Of a stretch of 64,000 nucleotides of DNA, positions 1 to 12,531 are shown piece by piece (the first letter of the stretch is position 1; the number at the start of each line of letters is the position of its first letter). The notes beneath the pieces were generated by a model, which was not told the DNA's origin, made no database searches, and was given only the letters and a program-made list of their open reading frames with translations. Origin of the DNA: Leucoraja erinacea (Eukaryota). The stretch is taken from NCBI RefSeq assembly GCF_028641065.1, contig NC_073398.1, positions 27,094,001 to 27,158,000 on the forward strand. Reading direction: 5' to 3'. Position numbers and translations under genes: made by a program.

Positions 1-88
1 ACGCTTTTGAGAAAGTTTAATCCATTTCTCAAGTTCCTCCTCTGTAACAAACCCATCCTTGTCTCCATCGATTTTATCTACAATTTGT
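1..88 (-). CDS. CALU: Calumenin coding exon (first EF-hand), truncated by the window edge
   Basis: Acceptor ctctcccaacAG at 90-89; the phase-2 join to the upstream exon gives (G)QIVDKIDGDKDGFVTEEELEKWIKLSQKR, the first EF-hand of calumenin. Confidence 0.93.
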
Positions 89-2018
89 CTGTTGGGAGAG
101 TCAGAAAACCCGGGAAAGATTAGGACAGAAGCTTGGAGCAGCTGATCGAGAGGCACTTTTACATAGCATCTAAGGGAATCCCAGAATCATACATGTTTTG
201 TATGACAATTTGCTCAATTTGCCCTGATCTTAGTGACATCAAATGGGCAAATAGCAACAGAAAGCCCAGTTACGAATTTAAAGACCACGTGGTATCAGAC
301 ATCTTGTGGACCAACAGTTTTACATTTAGAGTGCTACCAACATCAGATTTTATTTTTGCATTTCTGCTCTTTTGAGCATCAGTACAAATGTAAAAGTGCC
401 TTTAATGAAAGCAATTAGTTCATTAGGTAAGTGGATGTCAAGGAAACAAATGGAATCCAAGTGAAAACTATATTTTCTAATGCATAGGTTATTACCATTC
501 CAATGCATTAAGTTTTCAAATCAACCCTAAACATGCTCTCTTCCTACCAACAACCCCCCATTCCATATCCCTAATTTAAGTTCCTATATAGTCATAAGAA
601 CTCACTAAAAGGAGTGTTAACAATTTTATTCAAATTTGAACTCTGCAGATAAAGTAAATAGAAGTTATAGATTTTATCCTCAATTTAGCAGAGCTTACCA
701 TGGAAAGTCACGAACAATAGAAGGTGGAAGGGGGAGAGGGGAAGGCAGGAGAAATCAACAGATCATTGGTTAAGTGTGCATCGCTGCACATTGTTCAGTG
801 GATAATTTAAGCTTGCTTTCATAGCCGAGGGGAAGAGCATGGTTGGAATACAAGTTTAGTTAATGCAGTAAGATTAGCAAGGTTAACAAACTGAGAATGC
901 AATAGAAGAAAGTACATTTTGAGTGTGTCCAGTAGACAATTGAGATAAAGACCGATGGGGGAAAAAGTGAACTAAATCTTTAAGACAATAAATCATCTTT
1001 AAAAAAAATGCAGATACTACACAGAATTAAATAATTTTAGAAAATAATTACATTCCTTTCTCTTACCAAGGCATCACAAATAAAGTACATATGTTAATTC
1101 TTAACCTTCAGATTACAGCTTCTTGTTGAGAGAAGGCATGCATCATCCTGCATTAGAAAGTGGTTTGTGTTGATTAACCCACCTCCCTCCAGATTGATCC
1201 AGAAACATGAAATGTATTCAACCTAGGAATGTAACTGTTTTATATAGTTCCTTCCACCCACTTTTTGTCAAAGGACCTATAATAAAGTTTCATATTAAAA
1301 TTGCCAAATCCTCCATTATAGTTCAGCACATTTTTCTTGATGACCAAATTTGCTGTGGAAAATACATATCAGGACAAGAAAACCCAGTTCTAACAGAAGT
1401 GGTGACCAGCCCAGAGAGGCATAGCACATTCTACCATTATCCAAATGTGACTTGGGGAGACCAAAACAATTCAGAGAATGGCAGCTTCAACAGTGTGTGT
1501 AAAAAACCCCACAAGAAATTAAAAGAACCAGCTGTTAAAAAAACGGAAGTAATTCGGTGGTCAAAATGAGTACTACAACAGTCAAGGTTCAACCCCACCC
1601 CCTACTTTTAAAAATGTAAACGTTCAGATAATATGTAACCATCTTGAAGACCCAGACCCAAACCCCTCTGGTGTACTATGTTTAATTTTAATGGGGTTAA
1701 TAATTTTGCCAGTAAGGGTTTAGTACCTGATGACATTATTTATGGATTTACTGTACCATCAATGTTGTAGCATACATCTTCCATTAAGAGGGGAAAAAAG
1801 TCTTACATTGATAATGGTAAAGAATTGAACTTGTAACTTAGATTCCCGATATTCACTCATGCAGATCCTAATTCGAATCAGCATTTATGGGTTGTAATCT
1901 TGTACTCTTTCAAGTCATGTAACAAGTTAGCTATGCAGTCATACTGAACACATATTCGAACATAAAAAAAAAACACAATTGCGGAGCGTTTCTTTCATTT
2001 ATACAGATTCTTACGCAC

Positions 2019-2242
2019 CCAAGTCTCTCCTTGCTCTCCTCAGGAGTGAGCTGATCAAATGTCTTTGCCTGTTCAGCTCCAAGGAAAGCATCATGGTCAT
2101 AATCAAAGCTCTCTGCGTCATCATGCACCTTATCACTCAGCTCTTTGTCATGGATGGCTCGATCCTTCTTCTCAGTGGGCTTACTTAGAGCATAAATGCC
2201 ACACATAGTTAGGTACAAAACTAGCTTTGTCAAACCCATCAT
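2019..2242 (-). CDS. CALU: Calumenin first canonical coding exon (signal peptide); exon spans 2255-2019
   Basis: [28 protein letters not shown]...[29 protein letters not shown], the CALU N-terminus. Acceptor tgcAG at 2257-2256, donor GTgcgt at 2018-2017. The start could be either ATG (2242 or 2239). Confidence 0.95.
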
Positions 2243-4539
2243 GTTTTCCTTTTTTCTGCAAGGACAAAGGGAAAAAAAAACAGGTTTTAGGAGGTTAAAA
2301 TATGAACTGTGTGCACAACTGGTTACAAGTTTAAAATTGTATAGATCACCGAGTTTCAATTATAATTCCAATGCCTACTATCTAAATATTCTTCCATGCT
2401 TGGTCATTTGCCAGCAATGCGGTCAGACATGCTGTAATTCGCTTGCTGGTCTTCTAGCTGGCTCTGAGCACAGTCTGGAGCTTCCATAAACACCATCAAC
2501 TCCCTATTCCCTTGTAGGAACCTACACTGCCTGGAAATCAGTTGCAATGCCTCCTATTGTAACACTCACTGTTCTATTTTCATTCATGAAGACGGTGACA
2601 ATGAATCCTGCAGACAATGCTAGTTTCCAAAAGAGTCAGAGTTACTCAGCACAGTAACAGCCGCTTCAGCTGAACTCAGCCATATCGTTCAAGGTGGCTC
2701 CCTGAACTAGCCCCATTTACCCATCCCTCAAAACCTTTCCTATCCATGTACCCAAATGTCTTAAATGTTGTAAATGTAACCGAAACCACTTCTTCTGGTA
2801 GCGCATTCCACGCACCCTGCAGTCTATGTGAGAAAATTGCCCCTCAGGTCCCCTTAAAGTTTCTTCCTCTTAACCAGCGTATCATTTAGGACCTCATCAA
2901 AAGCCTTGTTAAAGTCAACAGAGACAACGTCTACCCCCCCATCCTCAACCTTACCAATCCTCCTGGTCGCTTCTTCAAAAGATTAAATTCTAGACACCGT
3001 TTTCATTCACATAGCCACACTGAATATCACTTATCCAAATGCAGATAGACACTGTCTGAGTGATAGGAATAAACAACAATCGGTAAGAGAAAGGAAATTT
3101 TGTATCAAATGCAGCACCTCTACAGGTGCATTGTTTGATGTACTATCTTCCAGAAGAGACGAGGTAGGGGTCAGTCTACTCTTACTGTTTTTCAAGATCC
3201 TGTAATGCTGCAATGAACTTGGGCAAGTTCTTCAATAAATCTGGGGGAAAAGTAGAGTGAAAGGTCTCCAGGATTCAAAAGAATGTCTTGGGATATACAA
3301 GTGGCTCTATCCAATTAAATAATTTCATGCCAATCTTGAGGGGTAAATTCTACATTTCCCCATTATGTTGGTTTAAAAATAAAGCTTACCAAGTGATCTT
3401 AAAGTAATATTCAGTTTATAGTTACATAAATAAATTAAGTATTAAAGCAATAAGTCCATACAGATTTTATACAGTTGCTCTCGTAATTTATTGCACTTCA
3501 TCTTTACACTTAAAGTATAGACCAATAGGTTTCTCAGCTCGATGAATACAGGAGACAATATTCAAAATTGTCAAATGCCATAAAGAAACCTTCATTTGTA
3601 AAACCGCCGCAAAAGATGTACGTAACCGTAGGTCAGTTGCATGGGATTCAATACAATAATATTCATTGTGCCTGCCAAATACAGGCACGTTAATAGCCAT
3701 GATCTTCAAATCTTTACAGGCAATTTAATCCCAATTACTACAGGTTACAAGAACAATTACTCATTGTACTCATAAGACTCCTTTGTTCATTGGCAAGCTC
3801 TGTTTCCTTTTTAAAAAAATGCACTGCCTCATGCAGATCACCATTTCTACCATAAAAGAACCATTTCCTCTGATTGCAGCATCTAAATTTCCTGGAATAC
3901 TGCCACATATATACAACTCTTGCACAGGCATTTCATTTTCAGTCTTGTATTTGCATTCCTCATCAGTCTGACGATCTCTTAACATATTTGTTTATTCCAC
4001 TGCTCTCTCCAAATCAATTTACATGTTTGCCATAACACCTTAAAATATATTTAAAAATAACTGTAACTGAAACATACTACTGACTTTATTGTCTTATGCA
4101 AAATTAAAACTGCCAGCAAGTAAGCTGGCCCAAAGACAGTTCCATACATACCTTGGCTCTCCTGAATAAACTTTAAATCAAACGGGCATGATTAACATAT
4201 CTAGGGTCTCTGCGTAACTTTAATCAGGAAAAGAAAGAAAGAATGCAGTCTTGAGCTACCAACTTTTCCCAAACTTCACTTCATTCTGAAAAGTACTTCA
4301 GTATTTGCTTGTTTAGTGAAAAAATCAATTAAAAAAAAAATTAACAACCAGCACCATACTGTGATGAACTTGAAATTTTATTTCCTAATGCAGTTATTTG
4401 CCTTTTAATAAATTAATTATATTCTTCATTTAAAGACTATCCTACATATTGATCCTCAACTTATAAAAAGTTATTATTTTCAATCCATTCTCAAACATCT
4501 CAATGCTCTCCAAATCCATTTTCAAACTCATAAGTAAGT

Positions 4540-4825
4540 AAGAAGGAACAGTAGAAGCTGGTTTAAATCGAAGATACATAAATAGGAGCAAGAGTAGGCC
4601 ATTCGGCCCTTCGAGCCAGCACCGCCATTCAATGTGATCATGGCTGATCATCCACAATCAGTACCCCGTTCCTGCCTTCTCTCCATATCCCTTGATTCCG
4701 CTAGCCCGAAGAGCTCTATCTGATGGACACATAAAGCTGGAGTAACTCAGCGCGATAAACAGCATCTCTGGAGAGAAGGAATGGGTGACGTTTCGGGTCG
4801 AGACCCTTCTTCATACTGAAGGAAT
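4540..4825. mobile_element. Hairpin-family element arm interrupted by a CR1-like 3' tail (4581-4722, minus)
   Basis: Family arm motif gctggagtaactcagcg...ggagagaaggaatgggtgacgtttcgggtcgagacccttcttca, split by the CR1 tail ggccattcggcccttcgagcc. Confidence 0.65.
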
Positions 4826-5099
4826 GCAGGTTCTACAACAATACCTTCATGGAAGATAGATATGAATAGATCGGGTTGGTATGGGAATATTTCATAATCC
4901 AACAGCAAATTACCATGAATTGAAAGATCATAATAACGTAAATTAAATACCGTTTTTCCCCCAAAAGTCACTCATTATGAAATAACATTTAACCTTAAAT
5001 TTGCTCGGACCTAAACGCTCTACCACTCTCTTCAGCACAAAATAAATGCTAATCACACTAATTCTGAAACAGACCAATAAGACTAGAACTATTATATTT

Positions 5100-5520
5100 A
5101 AAAAACCATCACTACCCACCTCTATGCACTTCAGGAATCGCCTCTCCTCTCCACTCTCTCTCTCTCAGCAGGGCTACCGGAAGTTGCCCACTCCTGCATC
5201 CAGCCGGAAATAGCAGCCAATCACCGGCCGCCTCCAGAATTCCCGCCTTACCTTCGGCGTCACCTTCGCCGCTCCTGATTGGTCGGTTATGGCGCGAGAT
5301 GTGATTGGTCACAAACCGCCACGTCGCGCGCCCCGTTGTTGTCTCGCGCGCTCGCTCGCTCATTCTCACCGAAGATACTAGAGCCTTCTAAGATGTTCGA
5401 CTCTCACCGCGCGGGCCGCGGCTCCACGCTGGGCGGCGCCATGTCGGCCCGTCCGACACACGCTGCTGAGCTGGCAGCGGCCGCGCCCCCCGCCACGACT
5501 CTGCCCCTGTTCGATGGAGG
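5100..5520 (-). promoter_or_regulatory. CALU: CALU CpG-island promoter and first-exon region
   Basis: CpG-dense island with CCAAT boxes (~5217, 5278, 5304), an ETS site CCGGAAGT (~5177), GCCACGTC (5318-5325) and several minus-strand donors (GT at 5407, 5369, 5251, 5119). Confidence 0.8.
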
Positions 5521-5641
5521 GGGATCTTTGTTTGCCTCCACCGAACAGGGGCAGTGTCCAGTAAATGAGTTATTCTTGCTTTAAAATTGCATTTTGAACG
5601 AGTTGGAATATGAGGAGTACAGAGTCAATCAGTACTTCCAC

Positions 5642-6149
5642 TAGAAACATAGAAATTAGGTGCAGGAGTAGGCCATTCGGCCCTTCGAGCCTGCACCGCC
5701 ATTCAATATGATCATGGCTGATCATCCAACCCAACTCAGTATCCCGTACCTGCCTTCTCTCCATACCCCCTGATCCCCTTAGCCACAAGGGCCACATCTA
5801 ACTCCCTCTTAAATATAGCCAATGAAGTGGCCTCAACTACCCTCTGTGGCAGAGAGTTCCAGAGATTCACCACTCTCTGCGTGAAAAAAGTTCTTCTCAT
5901 CTCGGTTTTAAAGGGTTTCCCCTTTATCCTTAAGCTGTGACCCCTTGTCCTGGATTTCCCTAACATCGGGAACAATCTTCCTGCATCTAGCCTGTCCAAC
6001 CCCTTAAGAATTTTGTAAGTTTCTATAAGATCCCCTCTCAATCTTCTAAATTCTAGAGAGTATAAACCAAGTCTATCCAGTCTTTCTTCATAAGACAGTC
6101 CTGACATCCCAGGAATCAGTCTGGTGAACCGTCTCTGCACTCCCTCTAT
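5642..6149 (-). mobile_element. Young CR1/HER1-like LINE 3' end
   Basis: RT C-terminus IEGVQRRFTRLIPGMSGLSYEERLDRLGLYSLE...RVVNLWNSLP plus a ctatgttt tail; near-identical to 33555-34058 and 42165-42676. Confidence 0.9.
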
Positions 6150-7679
6150 AGAGATGTGTAAGAAGGAACTGCACACAGCCGAAGATAGGCACAAAAAGCT
6201 GGAGTAAGTCAGCGGGACAGGCTTTAGTTTAGGGGGTGCGGGGCCCAATTGGGAACAATTTTGGTGACCCCCCAGGTTCCCAGCCAAGGTCTGTCAGCCC
6301 AGGTGACCACTCAGTCGTTTTCCCATGTGGAGGATACGACTAACAGTAGAGGGCTTAATCATAGGCTTAAGTTAAGAGAAAAGAGATTTAAAAGGGGTCC
6401 CTAGAGCAACCATTTTACTCAGAGAGGAGTCTGTATCTGGAGTGCAGCTAAAGAAGCGGATACACTGACTTTTAGAAAATACGTGGAAAGATACATGGAT
6501 AGGAAAAGTTTAGAGGGCTATGGTCCAAACGCAGGCAAATGTGACAAGCACAGCATGGATAAGACGGGCAGCAGTGCCTGTTTCCATAATGTAAACCTCT
6601 GAATCAACAACACTATGACCAGAGAATGTTCAATACGATAATATAAAGTAAGATTTAGTCAACATTTTAGCTGTGCCATCTCTAGCTTGGTGAGTTGGAT
6701 GAGCAAATGAAGATGATTTATTATGTTTCCGTACATGAACTTGTCTTCGACCAGTTTGATACAACTGTAGAAAGAGTGAGTGTTTGGGGAGAACACATGG
6801 GATGTGAATATTTCATTTTAGGTTCACCCATGTGGCAGCTTCCGTTTATGGGGCAGGGTGTGTAGTGTCAAGACTTGATTGCATGTTTTACCATGATCAC
6901 AGGAGCATCCTTCGATGACAATTTGGAGACATCAAAGTTATGGAGGCCAATCAAAATGTCTTGAAGAAATTTGTGCTGCATGTTGAACAATAGCTGTGCT
7001 CTGGTCTCAGGAGATTTGATGGACATTTGGAAGCTATTTTTATTCATTTTCTGCCCTGGTAGTATTTAATGGGTTTATATCATAATATTATACAGTGTGG
7101 AAACATACCTTCGGCCCAACTTGTCTGCACCAACCAACATGTCCCGTCTACACTGGTCCTACTTGCTTGCATTTGGCCCATATGCCCCTAAACCTGTCCT
7201 ATCCATGTACCTGTCTAATTGCTTCTTAAACTTTGCGATAGTTCCTGCCTCAATTACCTCCTCCAGCAACGTGTTCCAATCACGACCACCCTTTGTGTGA
7301 GAAAGTTACCCCTCGGATTCCCATAAAATCTTTCCCCCTTCAATATAAACGTATGGCCTCTGGTTCTCATTCCCCATCTCTGGGCAAGAGACTGTGTGTC
7401 TACCCGATCTGTTCCTCTTCCTAACAATAAGTATATTTTTAATCCTGCTCATAGTATGTCTGTCTCATTGTGTTTGCCTGGATAGAGTGCACACAACTTT
7501 ATTCTATTTCCCAAGCTCTGTATAGTGATATGTGATTGCTTTATAAACTGGGAAAAATTGTCCAGTATTCAAATTGTTCAAGGAGGTAATTTAAAAGTAA
7601 TTATGTTATCTAAGTCAAAGATTTTCTTTAATATAAATCAAACAGAATTTGCCTTCCAAAAAAAAAAGTAAATTTAAAG

Positions 7680-7954
7680 TTATCTCAGTCCAACAGCGAT
7701 GAGGCTACTCAGTCTGGAGAGTGGCATCAATGTTGGTCTGTCACGTTCCCAGAGTCCAAAGTAAGTGCGGTCTTCATCTTCTGCCTCAAAGGTGTTAGGA
7801 TCTCCTTCTGCTCCTCCTCCTTCCTCTTCGTCCTCTTCTCCTTCGGTCCCAATTTGCTTCTGTTTACAGGGCAGGGTGTGTAGTGTCAAGACTTGATTGC
7901 ATGTTTTACAGTGGTCGCAGGAGCATCTTTCAATAATCTCTTCCCACTCGTCTC
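7680..7954 (-). CDS. GARIN-like exon 5 (last)
   Basis: Acceptor gtgtAG at 7956-7955, phase 1; (G)DEWEEIIERCSCDHCKTC...YFGLWERDRPTLMPLSRLSSLIAVGLR-stop. Candidate AATAAA at 7503-7498. Confidence 0.75.
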
Positions 7955-9639
7955 CTACACACAAAGCGAACTGATGTCATGAAACACGCGAGTGTCAGCT
8001 ATCAGAGCCCCAGTATTATTGTTTCACCTTATCAATATCTTAATTTTAAAGAGCTGTGTGTTCTTTTCAATCAGCCACTGACTTTAAATGAAAACTAAAA
8101 CCTTCAGATTATCTTGATCATCCCAACATGCCTCTGGAATTGGGGTGCTAGCCTGATTATGTTCAGTGAATGTAGTATATCATGCTTGAGATGTCCATAC
8201 TGAATGTCCAAGCACCCTACTAGAGGAGAAGATTAGATGTACTTCCCACAATTCCATTATTATATATTTGATTTTTCTGAATGTCTCACTTTTTCTTTAC
8301 ATTACGAAAAATACTGATGAACTCCTCAATTAAATGAGTTTATCACTACCCATAAAGATGTACTTTTATTATTGAGACCTCTCTGTGAAAGGCTAAGGCC
8401 ATAGTGCAAGGTGGATAAAATATATTATTAAACAATTTGGGATGGCTATCCTTCCATGCCTATACAATTGTATAATAGTTATCTTAGTTGTGAATAGTTT
8501 AACATAAAATGAGGATATAAAATCAAAAGTGCATGGAATTGAGTGTAATGTATTGGCACAAATTGAAAATTGGTTAACAAACAGGAGCCAGTAGGAATAA
8601 ACGGGTCTTTCATGGAGTGGTTGGCAGTAAGTGGTGGTTACTATTAGGATCATTTTTCAGCTTCAGCTTTTCAAAAAGATTATCAATGATTTACATGAGG
8701 GAACCAAATGTAGATTTTTTTTAATTTGCACTGGTCAAGGTTGCATTATGAATTGTGAGGAGGACACAAAGGCTTCGGTCAATTTAGACGGATTGAGCAA
8801 AAAGCATGTCAGATGAGATATAATGTGGATAGATATGAAATTATCTGTGAATGTTTCCACTGGACATAAAACTTAGCAATTGGGAATGTTGCTGCACAAA
8901 GAGACTATGATGTGCTTCTACAAATATAAAGGCCACAGCTGAGTTAAGAAGGCAAATCGAATGTTAGCCTTCAGGGCCAAGAATGTCCTGCTGCAGTCTC
9001 ATGAAGGATCTTTAATCTGAAATATTAATTCTGTTTCTATTTCTGCAGATAGTGTCTCTCCTGCTGAGTGTTCCCAGCATTTAAAAAATGTTTATTCCAC
9101 TCTTAACATCAATATTGTTTGAATTTGATTTTAGTTTATTGTCATGTTTGCCCGAGGTACTGTGAAAAACTTAAACAATGAAACATTTAAACTCATCATT
9201 TCAAAAATACTAACTTTTTCCCCCAAAGTGGATGTCCTCACATTTTTGCACATTATATTCCATGATATAAATTGATAAAAAGAAACTTAAGCATAATCTG
9301 CCATTGCATATCTCATACTGATCCTATTATAAAGAGCTTCACAATTTATTCAAATATATAAACAATCTTGCATGAATTTAATTTTCTTTTACACAAATGA
9401 TTGAATTCCTGGAGCCCAACCTGCAGGATTATTTGACTTTTGAAAAAGCAGAGCGGAAGATACCCCTCGGAAATATGAGTTAAAATCAGAAAATAGTTTG
9501 AAGTGAAACTTTCCACTTGCATATCCTTATGACTTGCAACTAATACACAGACACCTAATTATCATCCTGTATAATTCCGATAGACCTCACTAACAATCTA
9601 ATGTGAGTTTAGATGTAAATAATTGGTGTTTTCTGTTAC

Positions 9640-9719
9640 CTGGGCTTCTTTCTTCTTTCACATCTAGCAATTGTTCAGTTCTTGTCCGTATTTTGTGAGG
9701 CTCCTGAGTATCGGGGACC
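9640..9719 (-). CDS. GARIN-like exon 4
   Basis: ttctaccAG acceptor and GTaaca donor; phases 2/1 match both neighbours; (W)VPDTQEPHKIRTRTEQLLDVKEERSP. Confidence 0.7.
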
Positions 9720-10094
9720 CTGGTAGAAATATGCTCTATTATCATTCTGACCTGTTGACTGGACAATACATTATCATTTTCTGGAACGAGGCTTATGCAA
9801 CTTTAAAACATCTATGCCAATGGTAAATCATTTGCAGCTCCTAACTGTTGCCAAATTGGGCACCATTTTACTGTTCATTGGATGGTAAATTCTTTACCAG
9901 AAAATATCAGATTGGCACCATAAGCAATGCATATCAGATTGGCAGCATTTACATGAGTGTTAGGCAGACAGCTACATGCAGTGTTATTTGTTTGTTATAA
10001 TGGTGACTTAATTGCTATCTGAGTTCCCTTTCTGATGCAAGGATACTCTATTTCTATAAACTAATAAATATGTGTAATTGCTTACACCGTACAG

Positions 10095-10350
10095 ATTCTA
10101 CCAGATTGGACAATAGTATATTCCCTGTTGTTATCAAAGTCTTGAACAGACCCTTCATATTCTAAGGATGAATTCCTGAACTTCCAATCCACCTTGTTGC
10201 GGACCCTGAACTTTTAAAAAACTGCACTTTCTGTTTCGCTGCAACACAACATTCTGCACTCTGTTTATTTTCATAGTATGATTTGCTTTGAAAACACACA
10301 AAGTTTCCCACTGTGTCTCGGTACACATGATAATAATAAACCAATACTAA
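10095..10350 (+). mobile_element. Rex1/Babar-like LINE 3' end (degenerate)
   Basis: 3' motif cactgtgtctcggtacacatgataataataaac; related ends at 28720-28805 and 9120-9170 (minus). Confidence 0.45.
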
Positions 10351-11045
10351 TATTGTTGCCGGATGTTCCATGTGAAAGGAGGCATTCAGTCATTAATATA
10401 TGCCAAATTTTAACAATACTTCACTTTGTGAATGTTGTGTGAGCATTTACTGTATTTAATCAATTTGCACTTATGCAGCCTCTTTGATGTTGAAAAATGT
10501 CCTGAGGCGTTCCCAACACATAAAAAAGGAAAAATAAGATATAAGAGAGTTCAGAGGTGTGACTAAATGTAATAGACATGGAAACGTTGTCCCTCACGTT
10601 TCCATTAAATCCTTCCTCTCTCACTTTAACCCTATGTCCTCAACCATGATTCGCCTACCCTGGATAAAATTCTGTGCATCCACCCTATCTATGCCCATGA
10701 TTTCATACACCTCATGTAACCCCCTCAGTCTATTGCATTTCAAGGAATGTAGTCCCGCCCAATTTATTTACTTAAAAACCAGTGCAGCAGTTCAACAGTC
10801 CCAACAGTAAAATGCACTGATTATTTAAAGAGTAACAGACACCACTAGACGTGAGAGAATATCTGTACCATACGTGAATATGTAACATTGGCTGAGAACA
10901 GCATCCAGCAGTGCCTTAGTCCAATTTTTATTTGAATTTGAAATCAGACCAGAACCTGCTTTAGAATTGGAGGTGGCTCATGTTAAAAACATAAGCAAAA
11001 GGCCCAATTCTTCTAATAGACTATACTATTGTAAGAATTCCTTAC

Positions 11046-11522
11046 CAATCTTTCACGGAGACTTTGTCGTTATTCTTTCCGGAAACTGATTGTGATCTGA
11101 TTGTGCATCTTGAAGATTCGGAACTGGGAACATCAGACCCATCATGTGTTTCCTTTCCAACCAACATCTTGTTTCTTTTCCAAACTCCTATTTTAGTATT
11201 TGCTGTAATATTGCTCCTGATGGGAATGTTACGGTCGGGTTTCTGTGCATCATAAGTGAATTTCTCAGAGCTAATGACTGAGGTTGAGGAGCTCCTTGAA
11301 TCACACAGGGAGGACTTGGGGAGGTTGATATTGGCATCTTTGAATGTTATTGAGAGTCCGGCATAAATTATGTGAATAAGTTCTTCCCAGAGCTTGAAGA
11401 CGTGGCCAGGGTGCTTGTCCTGTAGCTGGAGGTAAAATGTGCTACGATTGGCCAGGACCAGCTTTAAACAGCGACTGACCTTTGCATGCACACTCAATCT
11501 GACCAATTTCATGGGAAGCATC
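11046..11522 (-). CDS. GARIN-like exon 3 (DUF3699 core)
   Basis: MLPMKLVRLSVHAKVSRCLKLVLANRSTFYLQLQDKHPGHVFKLWEELIHII...; AG at 11524-11523, GTaag at 11045-11044. Confidence 0.87.
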
Positions 11523-12364
11523 CTTTCATAGGAGACAAAACAAAACATTCAAAAATCTTTTCTCTGATATTTTGGTTTCTTAATCAGTTGATAAAATCAG
11601 TATTTTGTGCAGAGCAAAGCTATACCAATTAACAAGCTTGTAAGAACACATAATAAATATGGTAGATAATCAGAACCTTTTCGCCAGGGTGGAAATGTTA
11701 AAGACCAGAGAGCATAGTTTCAAGGTAAGAGGGGCAACGTTTATTCACAGTGCGGTGGGTGGCTGGAACGCGCTAGCAAGGATGATATTGGAAGCAAATA
11801 TGATAATGGCATTTAATAGGCTTTTAGATAGGCACATGGATATGGAGGGACATGGATTATGTGCAGGCAGAGGAGATTAACTTGGCATCATGATCAGCAC
11901 AGACATTGTGGGCCAAAGGGCATTATCTCGTGCTGTATTGTTCGACGTTCTATAATAAAAACGTTTTATTCTATGGGTTTTTTTCTTACCCCTTAGATGG
12001 AGGAAGTCTGAGGGGTAAGTTTTTCCACAAAGGACGATGAATATCTGGAACAAGATGTGCCTGATGAGGTGATAGAGGCAGATACAACTGCAATGTTGGA
12101 AAGGAATTTATATAGTAAAGGCATATACAAACTAATGCAAGTAAATCGGATTGGCATACATTGACATCACAGTCAGCATGGAGTAGATGGACTGAGAAGG
12201 CCTGTTTGTGCTAGACTATTATATGATTCCCTGGTTAAGCAACTCATTTTAGCATCTTAATTCTCTGGGGTTCAGGACTGGAATCTTGCTAATTCAGAGA
12301 AAACTGTTCTGAACATTATAATTGAGTAACCAATCAACAATTTAGAAAACTGTCTCACTATCAC

Positions 12365-12531
12365 CTGGTTATCTTCATATATCCTTCTCCCTCCGTCCCT
12401 TTGGATTCAGGATTTCTGCTGGCCACGATCAAGATGTTCGGAAGTGGTAAGAATGGAACAGAAGCAGTTATTCCTAAAGTCAGGAGTGTTGGGATGTTGT
12501 GGATGTCCACAAGATTTCCACGTCTAGTCAC
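12365..12531 (-). CDS. GARIN-like exon 2
   Basis: VTRRGNLVDIHNIPTLLTLGITASVPFLPLPNILIVASR...MKITR; AG at 12533-12532, GT at 12364-12363. Confidence 0.88.

Noticed and set aside
5736-6287. 183-aa ORF and similar ORFs at 16089, 36998, 41562, 41930 and 44221
   Set aside because: CR1-like reverse-transcriptase remnants, not host genes.
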